Part shown: one piece after another, positions 1-9,454 of the stretch
Layout of the letters: every line of letters starts with the position of its first letter
Numbering within the stretch: the first letter of the stretch is position 1
DNA from: an uncultured Planctomycetales bacterium
Lineage (GTDB): Bacteria > Planctomycetota > Planctomycetia > Pirellulales > S012-138
Reading direction: 5' to 3'
DNA length: 64,000 nucleotides
NCBI GenBank assembly: GCA_937982665.1
Contig: CALJLD010000085.1
Coordinates: 8,301-72,300 of the forward strand
Position numbers and translations under genes: made by a program
Notes under the pieces: model-generated
The model's database searches: none
Seen by the model: the letters and a program-made list of their open reading frames with translations, nothing else
Told to the model about the DNA's origin: nothing

Positions 1-414
1 CTCGTGGAATTCTGGCGGCCGAAAGAACTCGATTAGGCAATCATACTGAGTCTGTTCCCTTGGCTTCCGGCGGTTGCCATGACAAAGGCATTCGCTCACC
101 ATAACTTCATATCCGGCCATGGTTAGCGTCGCGCGCGCATCCTTGACGACGCGTCCAGGCGTTGATACATTCGACCGCTCAATTCGCCGGAGGCACGTTG
201 GCGTTAAGTAGCTCCAACTTGTGACACCCGCCTATTTTTTGGGCTTCCCGATATCGGCATCAGATCAAGCATTGTCGATATCTTGGTTGCCACAACGCCG
301 GTCAGGGTGAATTCAGCTCCTCGCCGCGGCGGCAGGCTCCCGGAATAAGACCTTGTGGGAGCACCCTCCAACCACCGGAACGGCGCTGCCGTTCGCTTCC
401 CTAAAGATACGCAC

Positions 415-3117
415 ATGGCTAAGAAATCTGCCCGACAAAAGTCAGCCACCCGCAGTGGCAAGATGATCTATTACTTTGGCGCCACGCGGACGGACGGTCG
501 CGGCAAGATGAAAGAACTGCTCGGCGGCAAAGGCGCCAACCTTGCCGAGATGACATCGATTGGGCTCCCGGTGCCCCCAGGCTTTACGATCACAACGGGC
601 TGCTGCGATGCCTACTACAAGTCTGGCGAGAAGCTGCCCAAGGGCTTGATGGATGGCGTGCGGAAGCACGTGAAGATGTTGGAGAAGGAGACTGGCAAGA
701 AGTTTGGCGACGGCAAGAATGCGCTCCTCGTTTCGGTTCGCTCCGGAGCTGCCGTGTCCATGCCGGGCATGATGAACACAATCCTCAACCTGGGGTTGAA
801 TGATGAGACGGTTGTTGGCCTGGCGAACGCGACCGAGAACGAACGGTTTGCGTATGACGCTTATCGCCGATTGATCAACATGTACGGCGATGTGGTGATG
901 GGCGTGGATCACCATCTGTTTGAAGCCGCATTCAGCAAGCTGAAGCGTGAATTCAACGTCAAGAACGATACCGAGGTACCCGCAGCGGGTCTCGTCAAAC
1001 TTTGCCAGGAATATAAGAAAGTCTATCGGCATCATGTGGGAGCCGATTTCCCGCAAGACCCGATGGATCAGTTGGAACTGGCCATCGAGGCGGTCTTCAA
1101 GAGCTGGAACCAAAGCCGGGCCGTCCGCTATCGACAAGTGGAAGGCATCACCGGCCTGCTGGGAACGGCAGTCAACGTGCAGTCTATGGTCTTTGGCAAC
1201 ATGGGGGATGACTCCGGAACAGGTGTTGCTTTCACGCGCGATCCATCGACCGGCAAGAACACGTTTTACGGCGAGTTCCTCGTCAACGCGCAAGGCGAAG
1301 ACGTAGTCGCCGGGATTCGCACGCCGCTTCCCGTTGCGGAAATGCCCAAGTGGAACCGTAGCGTTCATAAGCAACTGCTCGACATCAAGAACAAGCTTGA
1401 GAAACACTACGCTGACGTTCAGGACATCGAATTCACAATTGAGCGCGGCAAGCTTTACATGTTGCAGACCCGGACCGGCAAGCGAACGGGCTTTGCGGCC
1501 GTAAAGATTGCCTGCGACATGGTCAAAGAAGGAGTGATTGACGAAAAGACCGCCTTGATGCGGATCCCCGCCGGCGATTTAACGCAGTTGCTGTTGCCCA
1601 GCTTTGACCCGGATGCCAAACGCAAGATCACCGTGCTGACGCGAGGCCTGCCGGCGTCACCTGGCGCTTCTGTTGGCAAGCTGGCATTCACGGCGGACGA
1701 AGCTGTCAAGCGCACCCAAGCGGGCGAAGACGTGCTGCTTGTTCGCAAAGAAACCAGCCCGGAAGACATTGATGGAATGCACTCCGCCGTTGGTATTCTC
1801 ACCAGCACAGGCGGAATGACCAGTCATGCCGCGGTTGTGGCGCGTGGCTGGGGCCGCTGCTGTGTGGCGGGCGCTGGCGAGATCCACATCGATGAAGCCA
1901 AACGCAAAATCACGGTCAATGGAAAGACCTTTAAGCACGATGACGTGCTCTCTATCGACGGCTCAACCGGCGAAGTCATGGCCGGCGAGATTCCCACGCG
2001 AACGGCCAAGCTCTCTGGCGATTTCCGCAAAGTCATGGAGTGGTCCGACAAGTATCGCACGCTGCGAGTGCGAACCAATTCTGATACGCCGGCCGATAGC
2101 AAGAAAGCCCGCGAGTTTGGCGCCGAAGGGATTGGACTGTGCCGCACGGAACACATGTTCTTTGAAGAGGACCGCATCTCTTCAATGCGTGAGATGATCT
2201 TGGCGGAAAATGAATCAAGCCGCCGGGAAGCGCTCAACAAACTGTTGCCATTCCAACGCGATGACTTCATTGGCATTTTCAAAGCGATGAATGGACTGCC
2301 GGTGACCATTCGTTTGCTTGATCCCCCACTCCACGAGTTCTTGCCCAATGATGCCAAGAGCCAGGCAGAAATCGCGAAACGTTTGGGCGTGAAAGCATCG
2401 CAAGTGAAATCTCGTGTCAGTCAACTGCATGAGTCGAACCCAATGTTGGGACATCGCGGCTGCCGGCTGGCGGTGACGTATCCCGAGATTCTGGAAATGC
2501 AAGTGACGGCGATTGTCGAAGCAGTCATCGCTTGCAAAAAGAAGAAGGTAGATGCCCAAGCGGAGATCATGATTCCACTGGTCGGCGAAGCCAAAGAGCT
2601 TTCGATGTTGCGCGATCTGACCGAGCAAACGATGGAGAAGGTTGCCAAGGCGAAGAAGTTCTCCGGTGATCTTGGCATCATCATTGGAACGATGATTGAG
2701 ATTCCCCGCGCTGCGTTGACCGCCGACGAAGTGGCCGAGCACGCGGACTTCTTCAGTTTTGGCACCAATGATCTCACGCAAATGACGTTCGGTTATTCGC
2801 GGGACGATATCAATTCGTTCCTGCCGGATTATCTGACTGAAGAAATTCTTCCCAAGGATCCGTTCCAGTCACTGGATACATCGGGAGTTGGTCAGCTTGT
2901 GTCGATGGCCGTGGAAAAAGGGCGGGCGGCATCGAAGAAACTCAAGCTGGGCATTTGCGGAGAACATGGTGGCGATCCGTCCAGCATCCAATTCTGCCAC
3001 AAGGTGGGCTTGGACTATGTGAGTTGTTCTCCATACCGCGTGCCGATCGCTCGTTTGGCGGCGGCTCAGGCGGCTTTGTCAAACGCCAAGAAGCGTTCCA
3101 CTTCCAAGAAGAAGTAA
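415..3117 (+). CDS. ppdK: pyruvate, phosphate dikinase
   Basis: 920-aa ORF carrying the PPDK-wide N-terminal ATP-grasp region (GGKGANLAEM), the central phosphohistidine domain (GGMTSHAAVVARGWG) and the C-terminal PEP-utilising TIM-barrel region (GTNDLTQ, CGEHGGDP). The in-frame ATG at 415 (MAKKS) or 463 (MIYYFG) is the likely start, not the track start at 355. Confidence 0.9.
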   Translation: MAKKSARQKSATRSGKMIYYFGATRTDGRGKMKELLGGKGANLAEMTSIGLPVPPGFTITTGCCDAYYKSGEKLPKGLMDGVRKHVKMLEKETGKKFGDGKNALLVSVRSGAAVSMPGMMNTILNLGLNDETVVGLANATENERFAYDAYRRLINMYGDVVMGVDHHLFEAAFSKLKREFNVKNDTEVPAAGLVKLCQEYKKVYRHHVGADFPQDPMDQLELAIEAVFKSWNQSRAVRYRQVEGITGLLGTAVNVQSMVFGNMGDDSGTGVAFTRDPSTGKNTFYGEFLVNAQGEDVVAGIRTPLPVAEMPKWNRSVHKQLLDIKNKLEKHYADVQDIEFTIERGKLYMLQTRTGKRTGFAAVKIACDMVKEGVIDEKTALMRIPAGDLTQLLLPSFDPDAKRKITVLTRGLPASPGASVGKLAFTADEAVKRTQAGEDVLLVRKETSPEDIDGMHSAVGILTSTGGMTSHAAVVARGWGRCCVAGAGEIHIDEAKRKITVNGKTFKHDDVLSIDGSTGEVMAGEIPTRTAKLSGDFRKVMEWSDKYRTLRVRTNSDTPADSKKAREFGAEGIGLCRTEHMFFEEDRISSMREMILAENESSRREALNKLLPFQRDDFIGIFKAMNGLPVTIRLLDPPLHEFLPNDAKSQAEIAKRLGVKASQVKSRVSQLHESNPMLGHRGCRLAVTYPEILEMQVTAIVEAVIACKKKKVDAQAEIMIPLVGEAKELSMLRDLTEQTMEKVAKAKKFSGDLGIIIGTMIEIPRAALTADEVAEHADFFSFGTNDLTQMTFGYSRDDINSFLPDYLTEEILPKDPFQSLDTSGVGQLVSMAVEKGRAASKKLKLGICGEHGGDPSSIQFCHKVGLDYVSCSPYRVPIARLAAAQAALSNAKKRSTSKKK

Positions 3118-3124
3118 CCCACTT

Positions 3125-4210
3125 TTGGTTGCAACGATGCCTGCTGACGATTTGAACAGCATCCCTCCGCGGATCATCGTCGGCTGTTGGCAACTTGCCG
3201 CCGGGCATTCGCCGGATCGCGAAGTTGATCGCTCAAGTCAACTGGAAGCGCTGGCTGCGTACTTCAAAGCTGGCTTCACAACGTTTGACTGCGCCGATAT
3301 CTACACCGGTGTTGAAGATACGCTGGGCGATTTGCGCGACTTGTTGCGCGAGCGCTGGCCTGATCAAGTTGATCAACTACGGATCCACACGAAGTTTGTG
3401 CCGGACCGCCCGGTGCTGCCCGCGATCGACCGCAATTACGTGGAATCGATCATCGATCGCTCGCTTGCGCGATTGCGGACTGATCGTCTCGACCTGGTTC
3501 AATTCCATTGGTGGGACTTTGCAGTTCCCGGTTGTGTTGAAGTCGCGCAAATCCTGAATGGACTGAGAACCGCCGGCAAGATTAGCAACTTCGGTTTGAC
3601 GAACTTTGACACCCGCCGCACGGCCGAGATTGTTGACGCCGGCGTTCCGGTCTTCAGCAACCAGGTGCAATGGTCGCTCTTGGATCAGCGGCCCGCCGCA
3701 GAGTTCGCGAGGTTCGCGGAAGAGCATAACACCAAGGTGTTTTGCTACGGTGGATTGGCAGGCGGTTTCTTGACGGATCGCTACTTGGGCGCGGACGCAC
3801 CGGTAGAGCCGCTGTCCAACCGCTCGCTGACCAAGTACAAACTCATCATTGACGAGGCCGGCGGCTGGGACGCGTTCCAAAGCTTGCTGCGGGCTTTGCG
3901 AGATGTCGCCGACCAACATAAGTGCAGCATTGCGGAGACGGCGCTGGCCTGGGTGTTGCAGCAACCAGGCGTGAGTGCGGTCATCGCTGGGGCCAGGGTT
4001 TGTGCATCAGCCGAAGCACAAGAAGCCGTACTTGCCAGCTTAAAGCGAGCACAAGAGATCAAACTTAGCGAAGCCGATCTATCGAATATCGCCGGTGGCC
4101 TTGCGGGGCTGAAGGCGATTTCCGGGGCAATTTATGAACGCGAGCGCGAAAAAACCAGCGCGCACGCCAAGATCATGCGCTACAATCTGAATTCCCAACC
4201 GCGCGGCTAG
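3125..4210 (+). CDS. aldo/keto reductase family oxidoreductase
   Basis: 361-aa ORF with AKR-like motifs (FDCADIYTG, LDLVQFHWWD, NFGLTNFD). Confidence 0.7.
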   Translation: MVATMPADDLNSIPPRIIVGCWQLAAGHSPDREVDRSSQLEALAAYFKAGFTTFDCADIYTGVEDTLGDLRDLLRERWPDQVDQLRIHTKFVPDRPVLPAIDRNYVESIIDRSLARLRTDRLDLVQFHWWDFAVPGCVEVAQILNGLRTAGKISNFGLTNFDTRRTAEIVDAGVPVFSNQVQWSLLDQRPAAEFARFAEEHNTKVFCYGGLAGGFLTDRYLGADAPVEPLSNRSLTKYKLIIDEAGGWDAFQSLLRALRDVADQHKCSIAETALAWVLQQPGVSAVIAGARVCASAEAQEAVLASLKRAQEIKLSEADLSNIAGGLAGLKAISGAIYEREREKTSAHAKIMRYNLNSQPRG

Positions 4211-4223
4211 CGGTGCCTTATGT

Positions 4224-5549
4224 TTGTGCGAGATTCCCTTGAGTCGATTATCAAAAAACACACTGGCGTTAGTCCTGGGCGGTGGCCGTGGAACGCGGTT
4301 GTACCCTTTGACGAAGTTTCGCTCCAAACCGGCGGTGCCCATCGCCGGCAAGTATCGGCTGATCGATATCCCGCTATCGAACTGCATCAACAGCGGCATC
4401 CAAAGAATCTATGTGCTCACGCAATTCAACTCCGTGAGTCTGCACGGGCACATCCGTCGCACGTACAACTTTGACCCCTTCAGTGGTGGCTTTGTCGAAC
4501 TGCTGGCCGCGCAACAAACCTTGGAGCGGATGGATTGGTACCAAGGCACGGCTGACGCTGTCCGCCAAAACTTACGCTATATCCAGCAGTCAGATGTTGA
4601 ACACGTCTTGATTCTTTCCGGTGATCAACTCTACCGGATGGACTTTCAACGAATGTTCAAGACGCACGTGGCCAGCAAAGCCGACGTGACCATCGCCGGG
4701 CTGCCTGTGGATCGTAAGACAGCCCGGGGACTGGGCGTAATGCGGTTGGACGATTCCGGTCGCGTGGTGGGCTTTTTGGAGAAGCCGCAGACGGACGAAG
4801 AGATTGATCTCGTGCGAATGGACCCGGCATGGATTGATCGCCAAGGTGTGCAAAGCAAAGGTCGTGAATGCCTGGCAAGCATGGGCATTTATCTGTTCAA
4901 CGCCAAGACGCTGATCCGTGTGTTGGAAAAGACCAACTATCAGGACTTTGGCAAAGAGATTTTCCCGGCGGCAATTCGCACGCACCACGTCAACGTCCAT
5001 CTGTTTGACGGATACTGGGAAGATATCGGGACCATCGCAAGTTTCTTTCGCGCGAATCTGGAAATGGCCAGCGATGACCCACCGTTTGATTTCAGCCCTG
5101 CCGACGCTCCGATCTACTCCCGCCCGAGATTCTTGCCGCCCACGAAAATCTCTGGGGCGAAGATCTCGCGCAGTTTGATTGCCGATGGTTGTGTGATTGG
5201 CGAAGGCAGCGTGATCGAGAACAGCGTGATTGGCCTGCGATGCCGGATTGGACGTGACGTGGTCATCCGCGATTCCATCATCATGGGCTCGGACTTTCAT
5301 CATACGGATGAACAGATTGCCGCGGCGCGTCAGCGCGGCGAGGTCCCGCTGGGCATCGGTCAAGAATCCGTTATTGAAGGCGCGATCGTTGACAAGAACT
5401 GTCGCATCGGACGTCACGCCATCGTCCTTAACGAGCTCGGCGCCAAGGAACGCGACGAAGCCGGTCACGTTTCCATTCAAGACAAGATCGTCGTCGTGGA
5501 GAAGGACGCCGTCTTGCCGGATGGATTCAGGCTGTTTGAGCGCGATTAA
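4224..5549 (+). CDS. glgC: glucose-1-phosphate adenylyltransferase
   Basis: N-terminal LVLGGGRGTRLYPLTKFRSKPAVPIAGKYRLIDIPLSNCINSGI is the canonical GlgC nucleotidyl-transferase signature, and a C-terminal left-handed beta-helix region follows. Confidence 0.9.
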   Translation: MCEIPLSRLSKNTLALVLGGGRGTRLYPLTKFRSKPAVPIAGKYRLIDIPLSNCINSGIQRIYVLTQFNSVSLHGHIRRTYNFDPFSGGFVELLAAQQTLERMDWYQGTADAVRQNLRYIQQSDVEHVLILSGDQLYRMDFQRMFKTHVASKADVTIAGLPVDRKTARGLGVMRLDDSGRVVGFLEKPQTDEEIDLVRMDPAWIDRQGVQSKGRECLASMGIYLFNAKTLIRVLEKTNYQDFGKEIFPAAIRTHHVNVHLFDGYWEDIGTIASFFRANLEMASDDPPFDFSPADAPIYSRPRFLPPTKISGAKISRSLIADGCVIGEGSVIENSVIGLRCRIGRDVVIRDSIIMGSDFHHTDEQIAAARQRGEVPLGIGQESVIEGAIVDKNCRIGRHAIVLNELGAKERDEAGHVSIQDKIVVVEKDAVLPDGFRLFERD

Positions 5550-5584
5550 GAATCGGCAGCCCAGCCGCAGCCACTGACAGGCAT

Positions 5585-8536
5585 CTACGGCTTGACCACA
5601 AAGTTGACAAGGCGATTCGGTACAACGATCACCTTGGCGACGTTCGCATTCTTCAATAAGCCGGCGACTTTCTCATCAGCTCTGGCAGCAGCTTCCATCG
5701 CGGCGCGGTCAGCATCGGATGCCACGTTGACGGTTACCTTGACTTTGCCGTTGATTTGCACAGGGATCTCAATCGTGGCCTCTTTGATCAATGCCTCGTC
5801 ATGGGTTGGCCAGGTCTCGTATGCCAGCGACGAAGAATGGCCCAGGACATTCCACATCTCTTCAGCAATGTGAGGAGCATAGGGAGCCAGCAGCAGCACG
5901 AACTGTTCCATCGCTCGCTTCGGGCGCGGTTCTTCCTTCGTGAAGAAGTTGACGAACTCCATCATCCGAGCAATCGCCGTGTTGAACGACAGGCTTTCGA
6001 TGTCCTCGGTCACGGCCTTGATCGTGCGATGCAGCACGCGATTCTGATCCGCATTCAGTTCGATGTCGTTAACGGCATCGTTCAGCTGCATTTGTTCAGC
6101 ATCCGTTTCGACGATCATACGCCAGGCACGGTCCAAGAATCCCTTCACGCCGCTGACGCCTTGCATGCTCCAAGGCTTTGTAGCCTCCAACGGGCCCATG
6201 AACATCTCGTAGAGGCGCAAAGCATCCGCGCCGTATTCCTCAATGACATCATCCGGGTTGATGACATTGCCGCGGCTTTTTGACATCTTGTGGGCACGGC
6301 TGACCAGGCGAATGGATTGATCGGCCTTCAATACAAAGTTCTCGCCCGATTTCTCGGCGTCTTCGTTCTCAACCTTGACACTCTTCAACGCAGCGCCGGA
6401 CTTCTTGTGTACCGGCTGCTTTTCGTCGTCTTCGGTGACGTCAGCTGCACTTACCCAATCGCCCGATTCCGTCTGATAACCGGTCATTTCAACTTCGCCC
6501 AGAATCATGCCTTGGTTGACCAACTTCTGGAATGGCTCGATAGTGCTGACATGGCCCCGGTCATACAGGACCTTGTGCCAGAATCGCGCGTACAGCAGGT
6601 GCAGCACGGCGTGCTCCGCGCCACCGATGTACAAGTCGACCGGCATCCAGGCGCGTTCCTTCTCAGGGTCGACAAACGCTTTGTCATTCCGCGGATCGAT
6701 GAACCGCAAGTAGTACCAGCAACTGCCGGCCCACTGTGGCATGGTGTTGGTCTCCCGCTTGTATTTGACGCCGTCGATCACCGGATACAACCAGTCTTCA
6801 GGCGCTTTGTCCAACGGCGGCTCGGGACGGCCGTGCGGCTTGAAGTCATCCAAGTGCGGCAAATTGACTGGCAATTCGCTCTCAGAAACGGCGCGAATAC
6901 GCCCAGTGGGTTTTCCTTCCGCGTCCAACTCATGCAGGATGGGGAACGGCTCGCCCCAGAAGCGTTGCCGGGAAAACAGCCAGTCCCGCAACTTGTAATT
7001 GACCGCGCCACGGCCAACGCCTTCTGACGAAACGTCTTCGATAATCCGCTTCTTGAATTCCGGCGTTTCAATGCCATCGTACTTGCCCGACCGGATGGCT
7101 TTGCCTTCTCCCGAGAAGCACGCGCGACCTTCGTAGACTTCTTCCCGCCATTGGTAGAACTGCTCGGATTCCGCTTTGGCATCCTCGCTGGGTTCGCCCG
7201 TTCCATGAAATGCCTTGATCGGGACTTCGTAGACGCTGCGGACAGGCAACTCAAAGACCTGTGCAAACTCAAAATCGCGCTCATCGTGCGCCGGCACGGC
7301 CATAATGGCGCCGGTGCCGTAACTGATCAGCACGTAGTCTGCGATCCAGATCGGAATGGCCTCACCGTTGACCGGGTTGATGGCATAAGAGCCTGTGAAC
7401 ACGCCGGTCTTTTTCTTCGCCAGTTGTGTTCGGTCCAGATCGCTCTTGTGCGCGGCTTCCTCGCAGTATTTCGTGACGGCAGCGGATTGTTCCGCGGTTG
7501 TCAATCGCTCGACAAAGGGATGCTCCGGAGCGATCACCATGTACGTTGCACCGAACAGCGTGTCGGGGCGCGTGGTGTAGATGCGCAGCACGTCTTCGCC
7601 GGGCTTTTCCGGAAAGCCGGATGACGCTCGTCCGCACTTCCAATCTTCAAATGCGGATTGCAACGAGCCTTCGTCGCCAGGGCCATCACCGCGAGAACCC
7701 TCGCCGATGAAGAAATCCACATCCGCGCCGGTGCTACGGCCAATCCAGTCGGATTGCAACTTCTTGATGCCGTATGACCAATCCAGACTTTCCAGGTCAC
7801 GTTCCAAACGATCCGCATAAGCGGTGATCCGCAGCATCCATTGCCGCAATGGCATCCGCACAACGGGATGGCCGCCACGCTCGCTCTTGCCGTCTTTGAC
7901 TTCCTCATTGGCCAGCACGGTTCCCAATGCAGGGCACCAGTTGACGGGGGCTTCATGCTGATAAGCCAAGCGGTGATCATCCTGATAGTCACGAACGGCG
8001 TCATCGCCAGCTTGCTTGATTTCCTCAGGTATCGGCAACTCGGCGATCGGTCGCCCGCGCTCTGATTGTTTGTCGTACCATGTATCGTACAACTGCAAGA
8101 AGATCCATTGCGTCCAACGGAAGTACTCCACGTCCGTTGTCGCCAACACCCGATCCCAATCGTAGGAAAACCCCAGCCGCTTGAGTTGTCGCGTGAATGT
8201 GGCGATGTTCTTTTCGGTGCTCTCGCGCGGCGGCACGCCACTTTTGATGGCATATTCCTCAGCTGGCAATCCAAACGAGTCAAATCCCATGGGATGCAAC
8301 ACGCTCTTACCGCGCATCCGCTGAAAACGGCAAACAATATCCGTGGCCGTATACCCTTCCGGGTGCCCAACATGCAGCCCGGCACCGGAAGGATAGGGGA
8401 ACATATCCAGCACATAGAGCTTGTCGCTGGCGGGGAGTTTAGGCGTAGCGAATGTTCGATTCTGACTCCAGAATCCCTGCCATTTCGGCTCGACGGTGCT
8501 GGGGTTGTAGCGGGGCATGGGGCGAAATTCTCGCAA
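5585..8536 (-). CDS. leuS: leucine--tRNA ligase
   Basis: 983-aa class-I aaRS with HVGH(PEG) and KMSKS motifs, a CP1 editing insertion, and typical LeuS N-terminal text ([14 protein letters not shown]). The true start is probably the second Met, ~18 nt inside the ORF. Confidence 0.9.
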   Translation of the reverse strand: MREFRPMPRYNPSTVEPKWQGFWSQNRTFATPKLPASDKLYVLDMFPYPSGAGLHVGHPEGYTATDIVCRFQRMRGKSVLHPMGFDSFGLPAEEYAIKSGVPPRESTEKNIATFTRQLKRLGFSYDWDRVLATTDVEYFRWTQWIFLQLYDTWYDKQSERGRPIAELPIPEEIKQAGDDAVRDYQDDHRLAYQHEAPVNWCPALGTVLANEEVKDGKSERGGHPVVRMPLRQWMLRITAYADRLERDLESLDWSYGIKKLQSDWIGRSTGADVDFFIGEGSRGDGPGDEGSLQSAFEDWKCGRASSGFPEKPGEDVLRIYTTRPDTLFGATYMVIAPEHPFVERLTTAEQSAAVTKYCEEAAHKSDLDRTQLAKKKTGVFTGSYAINPVNGEAIPIWIADYVLISYGTGAIMAVPAHDERDFEFAQVFELPVRSVYEVPIKAFHGTGEPSEDAKAESEQFYQWREEVYEGRACFSGEGKAIRSGKYDGIETPEFKKRIIEDVSSEGVGRGAVNYKLRDWLFSRQRFWGEPFPILHELDAEGKPTGRIRAVSESELPVNLPHLDDFKPHGRPEPPLDKAPEDWLYPVIDGVKYKRETNTMPQWAGSCWYYLRFIDPRNDKAFVDPEKERAWMPVDLYIGGAEHAVLHLLYARFWHKVLYDRGHVSTIEPFQKLVNQGMILGEVEMTGYQTESGDWVSAADVTEDDEKQPVHKKSGAALKSVKVENEDAEKSGENFVLKADQSIRLVSRAHKMSKSRGNVINPDDVIEEYGADALRLYEMFMGPLEATKPWSMQGVSGVKGFLDRAWRMIVETDAEQMQLNDAVNDIELNADQNRVLHRTIKAVTEDIESLSFNTAIARMMEFVNFFTKEEPRPKRAMEQFVLLLAPYAPHIAEEMWNVLGHSSSLAYETWPTHDEALIKEATIEIPVQINGKVKVTVNVASDADRAAMEAAARADEKVAGLLKNANVAKVIVVPNRLVNFVVKP

Positions 8537-8809
8537 AGCTGGTCAAATGAGTCGAAGAATTGGCGATTCTAATCCTTCCCCGGAAAAGCGACAATCGCCA
8601 CGGCTTGGTGGTTCGCCGGTCAGTTGTTGTCGATTGAGTTGGCCCAAGTTGCGGGTGCGGGCTGCCACACGGTTGAACTTTAAGCACGTTCTGGCCGGCG
8701 TAAACGGCGATCCTCCTCTGGGCGCATTCGCTTTTGAATTGTTGGTTCGCTAGGATTTGACACGCCTTCATCTAACCGATGCCAGCCTCCCAATTCGCTG
8801 ATCGTCTCA

Positions 8810-9442
8810 ATGGCTCACGTTCTCATTTCTTCCGGACCAACGCGGCAGTATTTGGACCCCGTTCGCTATCTGACGAATGCGTCCAGCGGCCGCATGGGCG
8901 CTGCCTTGGCAACTTCTGTCTTGGCCGCCGGACATCAAGTCACTGTTGTGTCAGGACCGGTTGATGTTGAGTATCCCGCGGGCGCGAGTGTGATTGATGT
9001 CGTTTCCACTGAGGACATGCTCGCCGCTTGTTTGGATGTTTTTCCAAACTGTGACGGCATGATTGGCGTGGCGGCGCCGTGCGATTACCGGCCGGAAATC
9101 GTGGCATCGCAGAAGATTCAGAAGACGGGCGAACCGCTTGTCTTACACCTGCACGAGACGCCGGACATCGTGGCGACGCTGGGCGCAAAGAAGCAGCCGA
9201 ATCAATGGGTGGTGGGCTTTGCCCTGGAGACCGAGGACGCCCGATTTCGCGCGATTGTCAAAGCAGAGAAGAAGCACTGCGATTTGATAGTGCTCAATGG
9301 TCCTGAAGCGATGCACTCTTCAGAGAACCATGTGGAGGTCCTCACCCGCACGGGCGAATTGGCTGGCGCGTTTCATGGAGAGAAGAGCCAAGTGGCGGAT
9401 GAGATATTAGCTGTGATCAATGAGCGGCTGATCCGCCGTTAG
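8810..9442 (+). CDS. coaB: phosphopantothenate--cysteine ligase (CoaB domain only)
   Basis: 210 aa; N-terminal SSGPTRQYLDPVRYLTNASSGRMG matches the CoaB/DFP ligase signature. No CoaC flavoprotein half is fused or adjacent. Confidence 0.75.
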   Translation: MAHVLISSGPTRQYLDPVRYLTNASSGRMGAALATSVLAAGHQVTVVSGPVDVEYPAGASVIDVVSTEDMLAACLDVFPNCDGMIGVAAPCDYRPEIVASQKIQKTGEPLVLHLHETPDIVATLGAKKQPNQWVVGFALETEDARFRAIVKAEKKHCDLIVLNGPEAMHSSENHVEVLTRTGELAGAFHGEKSQVADEILAVINERLIRR

Positions 9443-9454
9443 TCTGCAGAACCG